Assembly (NCBI GenBank): GCA_047495785.1
Contig: JBLDXI010000026.1
Span: 372,001-436,000 of the forward strand
DNA from: Lepidodermella squamata
Lineage: Eukaryota; Animalia; Gastrotricha
DNA length: 64,000 nt
Direction of reading: 5' to 3'
Part shown: positions 1 through 13,129 of the stretch, one piece after another
Layout of the letters: each line of letters starts with the position of its first letter
How positions within the stretch are numbered: the stretch's first letter is position 1
Program-made: the position numbers and the translations under genes
The notes under the pieces: model-generated
The model's input: the letters and a program-made list of their open reading frames with translations, nothing else
Told to the model about the DNA's origin: nothing
The model's database searches: none

Positions 1-2450
1 TCTCCAATGTGCTCTTCTCCATCATTTGTATCCTTTTCCTGCTCGCCATACGCATAAACCTGTAAGAATTTGGATGATTCACGCCCCCGAGTCGAATAAT
101 ATATTACTTACGATAATCTTTCCGAGTGAGCTATCACCAATGATTATATTTCCTAGCCGGTCGAATATTATTTGAGCTGGATAAGCTTTCACCATTTGAA
201 GTTCACTAACACGTCGCAGCGTGAGTCCAGAGGTTGATCGCCGATTTACCTCAAATTTAACAATCACAGAAGTGTCTCTATTAGGCAGAAGTCTTGTCGA
301 AGCTACTTCTTCATTAGCCTCTAAAATCTCAACGAATCGTTTTCCGTCATCGGGCATCAGAACTTCAATCCTTCTCTTCTTCCTATCGCAAACTGCTATG
401 TGATAGCTTTCATCCTCCGCGGTGAATATCGAACAGCTGTAGGGCGAGAATCCACACAATATTGAAGCTATATGGTGGCCGATAGGTTTCCCGCATTCAT
501 CGGATGCTATAGACCATATGGAAATGTCATTGTGTTTACTTCCATGGTAATCACAACCGAAAAGTAATCGATTCAGAGGATCGACGGATATAGTCTCCAA
601 ATGACGTCCATCTAACATTTCACTTGGAATGAGAACATCTGTCTCTGCGGAGCAAATTTCTTGAAGGTTAGCAGCCCCATTAGTTATCAAAGTCATAACC
701 GAGTCCATTCCAGAGTGTTTAGCCATGTCCGCTAGCAGATAGCAAACTTTAAGCAAGTTTGATGAGTAGTTTATTCGAAGAACTGATCCATCCGTTTGAC
801 CGCTGGGGTAATTGAAAAGATAGATGTCATCAGAAACATAGTCGTAGGTAGCATGGGCGATTTTCAGAGTTTTCATCGCCACATTTTTAGGCATGACCAG
901 GCTACAACTTCCGCTGAACTTCGAAGTTGTCCACTTTTTATCGCGATTTGGAAAATGCTGCAAAAGTAAGTAAGCTATCAAAAAAGCGATGAATGGAAAT
1001 TGAGAGCAACCTCGACTCTTCCGTTGCTTGTTAGCACTAACAAAGCTGGCTCTGGGTGCTGGCTGATTGGACTCCCAATGTATACGATTGCAGTTATATC
1101 ATCTTTCTCTTTCGTCTGGAAAATTTCCACCGGATACCTAGAAAGATTCACCCAGTACTTGGGCGATAATGCGTTAGTTCGACGTCGAGAGTCTGATAGC
1201 GTAGAAGCGAAAAATTGAGGATCAGTCGGACTAATCATGATGCCTGAATCTGTCAGTAGCTCATCAGGAACATCCAAATTATCGAGCTCTTCGCAAATAT
1301 CAAACGATTCGGCGTGGCCGCATTGGAACTGGAATTCTTTGATAGCTGCTCGGATTTTAGGGTGCTTCAACAAGTCACGCGATTTCGGTCGATTGACGGG
1401 GTTCTTCTCCAGCAACTTTTCGCAGATAAAATTACGAAGGTCTGCGCTGTAACTCTCATCAGTTATCGGCTTCGGGGATTCGCTAAAAAGCTTCAAGTTA
1501 ATGCCTATTTTCTTTTACATGGCTCATACTGTATAATTTTCCGCATCAAGGCAGCCTCGTTAATTGCAAGAAACTGGAAACGGAATAAAATTATTTCCCA
1601 TGGAAATGAAGGTTTCAAAAATAATTTACTGGTAGATCCAAAGTGGCCAACTCGTAGCAAACGATTCCCAACGTCCAAATATCGCCACGAAAGGAAAAGT
1701 GGGCATCCTGTAATGTTTCCGGGGGCCTATGAGTGATAGTTCCCCAGCCAGTCCCGGCAGAACTTATGTCTCTGAAATTCTCACAACATAACCTCATCCG
1801 TCTAAAAATTGTACGAGAAATACGTGTCGAGCTGTTTGGAAACTCCAAAGTCACCAAGTTTCAAGAAAATTCCGTAGGCAAGAAAAATGTTGTCTGATTT
1901 GATGTCCCGATGGAGGACGCGCAGTTTTGTGTGGAGATAATCAACTGCCCTGACTAGTTGGGCAGTCCAGGCCCATATTTGGCACTCGTGGTATGATCCA
2001 TTCATGCTCTTTCTGGTTTTTATGGCACTCCTGAGAGTCCCAGCCTGACAATACTCCATGGTAATGTGAATGATATCTCCGTCGGTGTAGTAGTCGTAGA
2101 CTCGCACGATATTTGGATGCTTCGCAGTTTGCATGATCTCATACTGAAAATTCTGTAATAAGGTCAAATTTTCGATGAAATGGCCTTACCTCCTTTCTTG
2201 CCATGGCACTGTAGCGTTCCCTCTGCTCCGGGCTGTCGTTGGTGAGAGGCAGGTAGTTGATGTCGATTTCCTTGACTATGATTTCTTCATTTGTGTCAGT
2301 TTTAGTTGCCCTGAATGCTCTGCCAAAAGACCCTCTTGCAACGTACGTCACATCTTTATACCGGTTTTTTGCTATGCTCAAGCTTGCCCCCGCTCTCGAC
2401 ATTGCGTATAATTCCTCAGTAATGAAGGGCGGCAATGCGTAATACACCAC
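1..2450 (-). CDS. NIMA/NEK-like Ser/Thr kinase with C-terminal NHL/beta-propeller-like region; multi-exon, 3' end probably beyond the window edge, exact start uncertain
   Basis: Spliced ORFs give GSFG loop, IIVKEI, HPNIVRVYDYY, ITMEYCQAGTL, VLHRDIKSDNIFL, KLGDFGVSKQL, GDIWTLGIVCYELATL and NRPKSRDLL, all NEK-like. Short GT-AG introns (e.g. 2144-2189) join the frames. The C-terminal ORF 79-981 has YPAQIIFDRLGNIIIGDSSLGKIIV, resembling an NHL repeat. Confidence 0.85.
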
Positions 2451-2569
2451 AGGACGGATAATACGCCATAACTTATCTGCTTGTTGAGTGCGCTCTTATC
2501 TCGTCACCGCTCACTAAAAATACTGCAGTAACTGATAAAGATAAACTATAAACTCAAAGCCGCCCCGAA

Positions 2570-2756
2570 TTATTGGGAGAAGAAGCTGATGATGCACAAT
2601 AATTTGGAATGGTTTGTTTGAATTGACTGATTTTTGTTCACCCGCGAAGCTCCAACAATAAAAAATAATCAATCTTCCAATGTAACACAGGGAGACAGTA
2701 TAGTTGAATCCATCTGGAGCAATGTATTCAACCTTGTGATCTTGTGATTCTGACGT
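2570..2756 (+). repeat. Dispersed duplication, copy A (copy B at ~10995-11310)
   Basis: TTTTTGTTCACCCGCGA...AAAAAATAATC...ACACAGGGAG.CAGTATAGTTG.ATCCATCTGG...TCAACCTTG.GATCTTGTGATT occurs at both sites, as does TTGGGAGAA.AAGCTGATGATGCA.AATAAT. Confidence 0.8.
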
Positions 2757-3939
2757 GACTATTTAGGCCCCTGATGCAGCAACAAAATCCAATCAGGGAT
2801 CCAAGATGCGATCATCGTATGGGTTTTTCGACACAAATGAACGATAATGTTGAGCCGTGGAAATAAAATAGTATCTGTTTCGTCGTTTCAATAGTTTCTG
2901 AATAGACGAGCCTTGTTAGGCTAAATAAGTTCGCGCAACCTCGTCAGACCCAAACTTGAATCTAAGGGTGAGGTTTTCTCGATGAGCCAAGCGAGTTTCA
3001 AAGTAAGCATTGCTCGAATATGGCGGGCTCATTGCTAATCACCGCGAATTGGTTCACATTGCTAAGAAAATTTAAAATCTTTCTTTGGGGTGGAGGGATA
3101 CCAGCGATGCGTGATAACTTTAAGAGAGGCTCCCCAAGTTGGCTCGTCCACCGCCCGTTTTTTAAAGGGCCCCACTCTTGACGAAGAGTCGCTCGTTTCG
3201 CAAGCCAAAAATGACGTAAGGTAATTGGTGCGGTTTTCGCGAGCAGCTTCGACGCCGCGTGGTTGTCACTCAAAAGCACTGCCTGCTTTTGAAAATATTC
3301 ATTTTTACCCAGCACAAGGCTGGTTAGTGCTAGAAAGTGCCTATTAAAAAGTGATATGCTGGACACCGACTCGAAAATCATCCATTACGAAGTCTTGTGA
3401 TACACCGCATTCATCCAGCACGGTCCTGAAAATGGACCCGAACAGGTAAAAAAAATTGGTAAAAGTCATGAGCGCGTGCTGGACAATAGTTTAAAGCAGG
3501 CAGAGTCAACATTTCTGAGAATCAGGTGTGACACTAACGTTTCGATTTGGCAAGCCAATTTGACTTACTTTGCTCGCAATTTTATCGCGAACCAAGTATC
3601 GCCGGTCATTAAATCTCATATCGTCGATAGTGCGGAAAATTAGTGCTGGAAAGGTGCTGAAAGTCGTTCTGGATATACAAGTGGAATTCAATAGTTTAAT
3701 TCCTCTTCGATTTTGCCGTCACTATTAGTGATTATACTACCCAAATATTCGAATTTCGTAACTTTTTCTAGTTTTTTCCCGTTTAATGCCGATTCGTAAT
3801 TTTGAGCATTCGAACCGTCACTATAGAATTAATCATATATTGAGTTTTTGCCGGGTTAATTTTAAAATCCCATTCGGTGCAAGCCAAGTCGAAAATATGA
3901 AGTAGTCGTGAAGTTTTGTCGCGGTTCATGCCTACATTT

Positions 3940-4058
3940 TGAAGTCAGGCATATTTCCTTACGACGCATCGTTGACCCGCGTAAAAAGGACTTCTGACAT
4001 ACCCAGGATGTGGATCCAAATATCGGATCTCGCACTCTATTTTTTGGCATTTGAAGTG
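3940..4058 (-). mobile_element. Solo end of a TTAA-type (piggyBac-like) MITE family
   Basis: Reverse-complement similarity to the left arm of the 6541-6956 element; ends in ...GAAGTG followed by TTAA. Confidence 0.6.
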
Positions 4059-4784
4059 TTAATGTGGTTTTACTAGTCCCGATTTGCATCTGTGCAAATA
4101 GTAGATGCAATTGGTTGAGGCTCGTAAAAATTAATCTAATCTATCGTACCTCGCAAGGATTGACATAATTAAAGATGTATATATGCGATCAGGGCCTTTA
4201 TCATCAACAGCAGCCTCGTTCCGTCGACTAGAGGAAAAGTCAGATGTCAGGCCGCAATTTCGCCGGATTCCGGAACCACCGTGTGGAAGTATTCCAGTCT
4301 CAAACACGCGGCCCCACCAGCTTTAAGCGGACGATGAGGAGGTGTCTCAAATCAGTTTGCAAATCAGCCGTCGATGAAAGTAATTTCTTAATGAACGGTC
4401 TTCACCAAGTACCTGGGTATAGTACTCGAACAGTATCGGCATCAACCCAGGGCCAAACCTGCCGAACAGCTCTTATCTACCAATTTTGAAATCGCCCTTT
4501 CGCTTTCCATGTCTCAAGACTTGTTGAAGCCTAAGACCTCGGAGGATTGCTACACCTATCCAAATCTGTCTTCGAATGTCTTAAGGTGGCTGAAGCCGTT
4601 TGCGTGGGAAACGTGAAAGTATGCCACAAATTCAGAATGGAACAAGTGTTCTGACTGCTGTCAACATCGCTTATTCACAAGGCGCTATCGCAGACAAATT
4701 AACTTGTGACTGTGTAGATTCTCACGATCGATTTGACCTAATATTTTTCCTGATTCATCGCTAAACAGTGGTTTTTCACTATTA

Positions 4785-4937
4785 CGCTTGAATCACGCGT
4801 TTGTGTATCTGTGCTTTGTTAATGTTGTTAATGTTAATGATGGGTAAGAATGATACCCGGTCGCATACAGGCCGGCCCGAATGCGTACGGTCCCCAATAT
4901 TAACAAAGCACAGATACACAAACGCGTGATTCATGCG
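4785..4937. mobile_element. MITE with ~40-bp TIRs flanked by TA (Tc1/mariner-like)
   Basis: CGCTTGAATCACGCGTTTGTGTATCTGTGCTTTGTTAAT ... ATTAACAAAGCACAGATACACAAACGCGTGATTCATGCG, with TA on both sides. Confidence 0.7.
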
Positions 4938-6540
4938 TATTGCAGTCCTCCGATTTTTTTTCGTGACTCGACAGTGTCTGCCACTGGAAAAAAATTGCGA
5001 AAAAGTGTACGCCAATTTGGAATTTTTGATTTTTTTTTCGTTTTTTTTCGCTAAGCTGCTGTAGAAAGTTCGCAAAATTCGCTAAACTAGTTAATACGCG
5101 ATTGAAAAATCACAGATGCTATTTCCCAAAGCTTAAAGCCTGAAGTCTTCAATGTTGTTCTAGGGGAGTAAGGAGTAAGGTCTTTTATATTGCCTTTCAT
5201 GAAATCAGGGAAACAAACGAAAAGGACTAGAATGCGAGCGAAGCGAGCCGATTTTTCGGCGATTCGCCTCGGAAAATGCGAAAAATGAGCATCTCGAAGC
5301 TGGTTTTTTTTCTATAAAAAGGAATTTTTCTCCTCCTTTTCTCCTCCTCTTCTCTTACTTCCTTCCGGACAGATTCCAGATCCCAGATCATTGAAAATTG
5401 GGTCTAATGAGAATGGGAACTGTTGGCTTAGGAGAATGGAAAACAAAAGGAAAATAGATAGTGCAGCGAGCGAAGCGAGCAAATTTTCAATATAAAAGCA
5501 CAAAATTTAATTTTTAACTCGGGAAATCCCTAAACCTGGCTGGCTTCATAAGGTCTTAAAAGTGTACGCCAATCAACTATACCCCTAACCCTTTTCTCAA
5601 CGGTTTTAATAAGGAATATTTTTTTGTGTCTGCCACTGAGCGTGGTCCAGTGGGGAAAAATCTGAACACTGGCGTATTGATGAAAAGCCACGGTTTTGTA
5701 TCATTTATATGTTCCTGCCGCGTTAATTACCGCCGGCAATTGCTTAAATTTTGCTTTTGATCCTATCGATTTCCGATTTTATTTGCAAGCTCAAAAACTT
5801 TTTAAATTTCAAAAATCAAGAATAAATGACCATCGTGTTCGCCGTACCAGGTACCATCAACAAACATCAAAGAACCAGCTCTGATTTCGAGAAATCGATC
5901 GAAGAAAAATCAACTTCTTTGTTTACTGTCGGACAGAAATTTTCAGCGCTATTCGTGATTCAGCTGAACATTTGCGACCCATGATGTTCCACTATTTTTC
6001 TGTAGTGGGCAGTCTATCTTAAATTATGTCCGCAAGCGACGTGAGACGTGACAATACTTCAGCAACCCCATCTAAGAATTTGCTCACAAGGCGTCAACAC
6101 TTTGTTGGGAAGTCGATAATATCCTCCAACAACAGGAAGCAGAAGGCAGCTTCAATGCATCGTTTGTAATTTTGATTCATGCTTGAAAGACTCTGACTGC
6201 GCAAGCATGATCAATAAATCCGCTTCAATCATTTTCTGCATGCTATGCTCACATCTCGACCTAGTAAAAAATCAGACTTGCGAACAGTCATACCGTAACG
6301 AACGAACGAACGAAGCGAATATCTTTTATTAGTCCATCACTTTCCTTCACATCAAAGCAAAAGCGACAAGCGTACCGTATCGCTTGGCCCCACAAGTGCC
6401 TTATCATTTGAAGAATTTCCAGCATCTCCTGTGAGACACTATCCACCACTTGCCTAGATAGATTCCGGTAAGTAATTCTTGCAATGCAATTGCTGACCTT
6501 GCCTGGAAAACTACAAAAACATATATTTTCATATTTTTAA

Positions 6541-6956
6541 CACTTTAACTGCCAAAAATACACAGCGAGATTGATGTTTGGATCCAAATCCTGGGTCTGT
6601 CAAAAGTCCTTTTTTCGGGCGGTCAACGATGCGTCGTAGGGCAAAATGCCTGCCCGCATAGTGTAGACCTTAATCCGACAGTTCTTTTGACACCGAAAAG
6701 TCTGAGCAGGTATTTGAAAGTGACTGTGAAATTTTCGTCGAAATTTTTGATCAGAGCCAAAAATCAGACCCAAGAATTGGACCTAATTAGACCTAATATT
6801 AGACCCAGATTATGGCGCAACATTCGAATATTTCACTGTTTTACAAGTTGATTTCTGTTGATTGACAAGTTGCTTGACCCGAAAAATAGACTATTGACAG
6901 ACCCAGGATTTGAATCCAAATATCGATCTCGCTATGTATTTTTGGCAGTTAAAGTG
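6541..6956. mobile_element. piggyBac-like MITE with TTAA TSD and ~80-bp imperfect TIRs
   Basis: TTAA|CACTTTAACTGCCAAAAATACA...TGTATTTTTGGCAGTTAAAGTG|TTAA. Confidence 0.8.
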
Positions 6957-7718
6957 TTAAGTCTTACTACAAATGCGCTTTTTGTTTACCAGCTGTAGAT
7001 TTTCTGGAGAAATTATGAATTAACACTACGCAGACCGTAGCTAATCAGCTCGATTCCTTCTAAATAACATTGCTTGCAATCTCTTTCACGGACACCTAGT
7101 TAGTTATTTTACCAAATTTTGGTAATTTTCCGGTTTTCAGCATTAGAAGTCGGCGAATTTTAATCGAGCCTGACAAGCCCACGAATTAGCAAAATTTCTG
7201 GCAAAAGGATCGGACATTGTGGTACTGGATCAAGACATGATTAAGTGCTGTCTTCTATAAGCGAAATCAGAACAGGAATGTATTAGATTACGAAATGCAG
7301 AATCTGTCGTTAATTGACCTATCAAAAGCAATCACTGTATAACACGGCGATTATGGTTCTTAAAATCGTAAAGTTATACATTTCATCAATCAAGTTGGAA
7401 CAAGAGAGCTGATCAGTTCTTTCAATCTCGGAAAACATCGCTTGTGATATAGTATAGCTTTGGATAGCCGCAACTCTGCAGCTGGGTCGCCGCGACACCA
7501 CAGCTCCGGGATAACAACAGAGAAAGGCTGGAAAAACCCTTTGGTTTCTTCGGCAGGGTCCTAGAAAACAAGCGAAAACCCATCAGCTTCAGAATCCTAC
7601 TTCGCACTTCGCACACTGCTTAAGATGCTTGTTTTGTTCAGGAGTCTAGAAATAGATTTCTTTATAGAGACGGTTATAGCTATATCCGGTTGATTGGCGA
7701 AGGAGTAATCAGCGTATT

Positions 7719-9544
7719 ATGGAAAGTACCGAGCAGAAATCCAATCAGAAGCAGAGATATACTGTCTTCTGCAACGTAATGACTTCATTCGACTTTTCGA
7801 AACCAGGTATAGGCATTTCATTCGTAGGTATGTGGCAAAGTTGTTCCGCCTAGACCGCTGTACCATCCGAAGCGCTGTAACGCTTGCCAGGTAAACATCT
7901 TCTCAACTTTTATATATGATTAACCAGGATTTATCCAGAAATTTTTCTCTCGACAAGCCAAAAGACGATACGAATTTCAATGTATTACTGGAACATTTGA
8001 CTGCAAAATACAGTGTGGAGAAACGCGAGGTTGTTGCAACCGTTGCCGGCTCGAAAGATGCTTTGCATCCCAACGGCAAACTCGTATTTACTACATTTTT
8101 GTGCATTTCAACCAAAAATTAATTTAGTATAGCTGCAGGTAAGGCTTCGGAATACAATGGTGCGATACTAAACGCTAGCTCTTATGACTCGCGCTGTTAT
8201 GATAGCAAGGAAGGTCAAGGAAGGTTCAGCGAGAAGAACGCGAGAAATAACCAGGGCTTGATCTTATCCATCCCCACCAATCCTTACGATTATTATCTGA
8301 CGCTAGCAGAAGACGCCACCAGAAATTCTATTATTGGGATCACGTTTCTGCATGACTTGAACTCGGTAATTCTACATTTAATATTTACGTATATAATATG
8401 CACTTTTCTGTCTCCTGTAGTTACCGCTACGAAGAAGGAACACTCCCTATGATAACCTCAGCACTTTGGCAACGGAATTTTCCAGGGATCAAATCAGAAT
8501 GTATAATGATGCAGGCATACGATTCGCGCGTTACATGAAAGGTGCATAGTACTTTGATTTTAATAATCAATCAAATTTTCAGATTAAAGCGCCGCTTAAT
8601 GCGCTGAAATTTAGCCATATTCTTTCATCGGTGCTACCATAAGACTACATATCGTTAGGGTCGTTGGAGAAATCGAATTTAGGCTTGTTTACTTCCATTT
8701 CAAGGTAATTAGTGACAAGTCTTTTGTTTTTTATTCTTCATTCACGTGAAAAATTTGCTTTGTGAGCCGTCACCTTGAATCAGATGTAAACAAGCCTGAA
8801 TTCGTCGCTAGCAATATATCGACGACATTTATAACGTAAAAACCGCCATTTTGCAGAAGCCTTCGCCATTTCTGACATCGAGTGGCCTGAAACAGCCACC
8901 ACCGGATGGTCCGAAACAACAATTGCTTTCGTGGCTCAACAAGCAGGCGATGAACATCTCATGAGCATAAATAAAGCTATCCTTCCGCAATTTCTGGACG
9001 CATTTCCCGAATTTGAGGTACTTTTTCGCCAAAATTTAAAGAAGCTAAAGTTTTTCCAAATGTAATAACTAACGGAAACCTTGTAATTGGGAATTAGCAC
9101 TCATGATCTCCCTGGAGTTATCAATTATAAACTCTTTACGTACCTTAATTTGCTGTCATCCTGTATTTCTGCAGCCTCTTATCATGCGAGCGAAAGATTT
9201 ATCGCACGTGATGAGCGGCTGGCAACCGACAATGCCCGAATTCGCGTTATTCCTCAGCTATCTGTTCTTCAGTGGTGTGTGCCGACAAAATTCTTAGTGA
9301 TTCTTTGCTGTAATTCTGTATTCCTCATTCAGGATCTACGTCTCCGGCACTAATTCAACTATCAATTATCTTACGAAATTCGCTGCTTTTGCAGCACGCT
9401 GCTTTGAGAAGAGAATGCCAGGACGAGAATCACGTCGCAAGAGCTATTGCTGTCATAAAGCAAGCCGTGGCTATTAGGCCGGAATTCGATTTGAAAGCCG
9501 GGGTCTGGGCGCGGAATATTAATCCATCATTTTTATCTAACTAG
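7719..9544 (+). CDS. Divergent nuclear hormone receptor, array copy 1 (8 exons, P-box CNACQK)
   Basis: Spliced: ...TVFCN|VCGKVVPPRPLYHPKRCNACQ|KFFSRQAKRRYEFQCITGTFDC...RGCCNRCRLERC (C4 zinc fingers). LBD exons FARYMK|EAF...GWSETT and PTMPEFALFLSYLFFS follow; last exon ends WARNINPSFLSN* (TAG 9542-9544). Confidence 0.85.
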
Positions 9545-10111
9545 ATGCGTACTTGATAATCTGCATTTCGCGCAATGCTTGCGTTTCACAATAGATTTCA
9601 GCTTCTCCCACCTGAAATCAGAAATCGTACACATACTTGTTTACATCGTCATTGCACTTTCTAGCCACCCCAATCAGCGAACGGTGATTAGCAGCTAATT
9701 ATAGCATGCATTTTAATACCTGAAGTTGCAAGCAATTTGGCAATGAATAGCCATTTGATATGAAATAAATAAATAATAAATAAATTGATGACTCATGAAA
9801 TTATAAATTGATGGTACCAGAGTTTGATATCAGAACTGTCATGTAACCCGACAGTAAAACGTAAATATGTCTCTCAACCGAAGTCATGTACTCGAAGCAG
9901 ATGACGGAATGTCCAAAAATTCGCATGGAAACAACATATTATTCATCGTCATCAGCTTTGGCGAAAAAAGAGGAGCCGAAAGGATTACAATTTGTTAAAT
10001 GTGTGCCACCATGAAGATTTTGCACGCAGCACAGCTCAGGTTACGGTTATGTGGGGCTTCCACGAGAGCTTTCCGTCAAGCTCGATAGGTCTTCGAACTC
10101 GTAATTTTCAG

Positions 10112-10460
10112 AAATTCTAGACTCGGCAAGCTTCACGGCGCTTTGAATTCCAGTGTCTTAGTGGCAGAAATAATTGCGAAATCCTTCCGGGAAAAACTCG
10201 CGGTTGGTGCACTCGGTGCCGTCTTGAAAAGTGCTTCTCTTTGCGCTTAAACGCAGGTACAATATTTGTTGACGATTGAAGCTTGGTAGACTTCACTTTC
10301 TACAACAGTACTGAAAAGAAGAATATAAGCATCGAATCAAAGGTCGAAACCACTTCCAATAGTTTGTCATCAACAACTATTCCAGACAGCCTAGCTTTTC
10401 GAACTCAGAATGGTTGAGGGAGCCACGAAGGCATCAATTGTTGGAATCACCTTCTAGCAC
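10112..10460 (+). pseudogene. NHR pseudogene fragment (exons 3-4 only)
   Basis: KF*TRQASRRFEFQCLSGRNNC...CTRCRLEKC with an in-frame TAG; the exon 4 homologue ends GITF*. Confidence 0.8.
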
Positions 10461-10994
10461 AAAGTCATTTTTCGCTATTCGACATTAAGAATTACCCCCA
10501 AGGGTCTCAACTTTCCAATAAGAATTTAAATTATGAAGTCGCCGATAGTTAGGTGTCGAGAATCACTCAGCTTGTTATCCGGCTTTTGTCCGGCAAGCAT
10601 CGCGGAAGGCGCTCTTTCATATTCGGCATAAATTAAGGTATGACACAGACGATAACCTACAGCAAGTGATGAAATAATAACACAGCTCTTGCATGAACTT
10701 CATATGGGCCATTTTTCCGCAATAATGTTTACGGTCCGGTTTTGGGCAGCCCTCACTGCTTCATTGCGTTTTTTGAAATATAATATTCTCGCTTGAAAGG
10801 CTCTGCGCTCTGAGCGTGCATTTACGATCAATATTTCTCATGGTTCATTAATTTTCTGCGAGTATCTATATGTTAGCTGCGAAATAACAAGAGAACAGAC
10901 TCAAACTCCTGAAAAGGATGACAGTTTGCAGAGTCAATGACTACAATTTGTTAATTCGAATGTTCAACATGAAATCTATCGTAAACAGACGATG

Positions 10995-11310
10995 TTGGGA
11001 GAATAAGCTGATGATGCAAAATAATGGCAACGTACTGCTCTTGTCTATCGATTTAGGTGAAGCTTCTTCTTCCGAGACAAAAGATGTCCAGAACATTCTG
11101 GATTCTGGTTGAGATGCCTTTTTCAGTGATCGAGAAATGAGATAATTGGTTTGATTTGACTGAATTTTTGTTCACCCGCGAGGCTCCAAAGATAAAAAAT
11201 AATCGATCTTCTAATGTCTAATATCTTAGAACACAGGGAGGCAGTATAGTTGGATCCATCTGGCATCTGGAGCGAGGTTTTCAACCTTGCGATCTTGTGA
11301 TTTTAACGTT
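10995..11310 (+). repeat. Dispersed duplication, copy B (copy A at ~2570-2756)
   Basis: Shares the blocks listed for copy A, with an insertion between them. Confidence 0.75.
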
Positions 11311-13129
11311 AATGAAGATCCTTTTCGGACGGGGAGATTTCGGACACTTGGCTTTGGGCGTCAGTTCTCCTCAAGCCTGGTAGATAGAAGCACCGGTCGA
11401 AATACAGAAGATAGCACAGGGTCTAGTCATTCAAATGGCACCTGACATGTGAGAAACACATTGGTCTTCAGTTTACGAAGAATGGTTGCACCTCCTCGCA
11501 TATATGTGCGCCGAGGTATATTATTGCCAATTTGTTCAAATAGCGGCATTTTTGCGGGAAAGAAGCGCAAAAGGCAAACCGCATCGAATTCAGTTCAGAA
11601 GTACTTCAGAAGTACAGAACAGAAGTACTTCTTTGATTCGGTTAGATAGGCAGGTTTGGAACAAGTTAAAATGTCCCCATTTGTCCTGAAATTCAGCCAG
11701 AATAAACGATATCCCCCGGCATATGAGTGAACATTTCTAAAGATAAAATCACATTATTTACTGTGATACATTTAGAAAAAAGAGATGATTCATGACTCAT
11801 TAAAATAGAGAGCGGATTTTTCGCCATTTTTTTTCTCTTTGAAATGGTTCTTTCATTTCACAGTCAGAAAATTTTAAACTTGGCAAAATTGCAAAGATCG
11901 TGATTAATTGTCGATATTCGTAAGAATTAAGTCTACATCTATCATAATGTCTTGCCCATATGGTCCGCTCGTGAACTATACCTAATTTTTAATTTTTAAC
12001 TTTTTAGCGGGCGAATGCGTAAAAATAAAAATAATTATGTACCCGGAAAACGAAGCACTAAAAACACGAAATAAGACCACGTTACAGTAGCTGTTAACTA
12101 TTGCTCTCGTAAAACAAATCATTGCGTCGAGTACTCACGCACGCCTTTGGTCTTCAGAAATTGTTGTAATGCTTGTTGGAAAATCGATTCTAAAACCTCG
12201 GACATCAGGATGCAGAAGGCAGCTTCATTGCGCCATTAGTAATTTAATATGATGCTTGAACGGCTCTGTGAATTTGCCATTGTGATCAATAATTCCGCGC
12301 TCCATTTATTTACTGCATGCAGTACTTACAGCTAAATCAAATGATCACAGTCTCGAGCAGTCATTCTCCATACTTATTGTAATGTGAGGGACCCAATTAG
12401 TGCCTTCTGAGAACATTTAATGACTTGTTCAGCATGAAGTATGCAACCGTATGCAAGGCATGTGCCACATCATGCAATTTTTGTTGTTTTTTCTCAGTGA
12501 GCACGAGGAAAAATTTAATTTCTTTCGACCAAGTATTTCGACATCCAGCAGCTTCATTTACTGCATTCATTTTCATTTTCATTTTTCTGTGAACAGACAA
12601 TTACGCAATGTTACTTCTAATCAATTTCTATCTCCGACTAGATTCAGGAAACCTTTTCCATAAATTTTGAACTATAACTGCAGAAAAACTATTCCTCCAA
12701 ATTCCTTGCAGGCAATGAGGGTCATTTTCGAAGCTTTTCCGTGCTCCTTGTTTACCACTTATGCCAAATAAATCTCCCACTGTAACTTTTCTCTAGTTGA
12801 GGTTAAGCTCTCCTGGATAGAATCGGTTGCTTCAAAACCTTTAACTATTTAGTTTTAATTATCGATCATATTTTTCTTAGTTAAAACAATCGAATCTAGA
12901 ATGGAAACTAGAAACTATTTTACTGAGGTGACATTTTACGATTGCTCCGCAGCTATAACATGCGTTTTCAGCAATCAAAGGTGTATAAACTGGGTTACAT
13001 TTTTATGAAATTCTCATCAGAAAATGTGCAAATGAAAGCGGTAGAAAAAATGCAATTACCAATTTTTGAAGACATTTCATTTTTTTGCTATTAATTAATT
13101 ACTCGAAGAATTTTGTGATCTCATTAATC

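Noticed and set aside
4140-4740. Possible coding remnant (ORF 4244-4489)
   Set aside because: No recognisable domain and no consistent spliced frame.
4972-5671. hAT-like element with CAGTGT...ACACTG ends and GCGAGCGAAGCGAGC motifs
   Set aside because: The TIR is very short and no TSD is visible; probably TE-derived but the boundaries cannot be supported.
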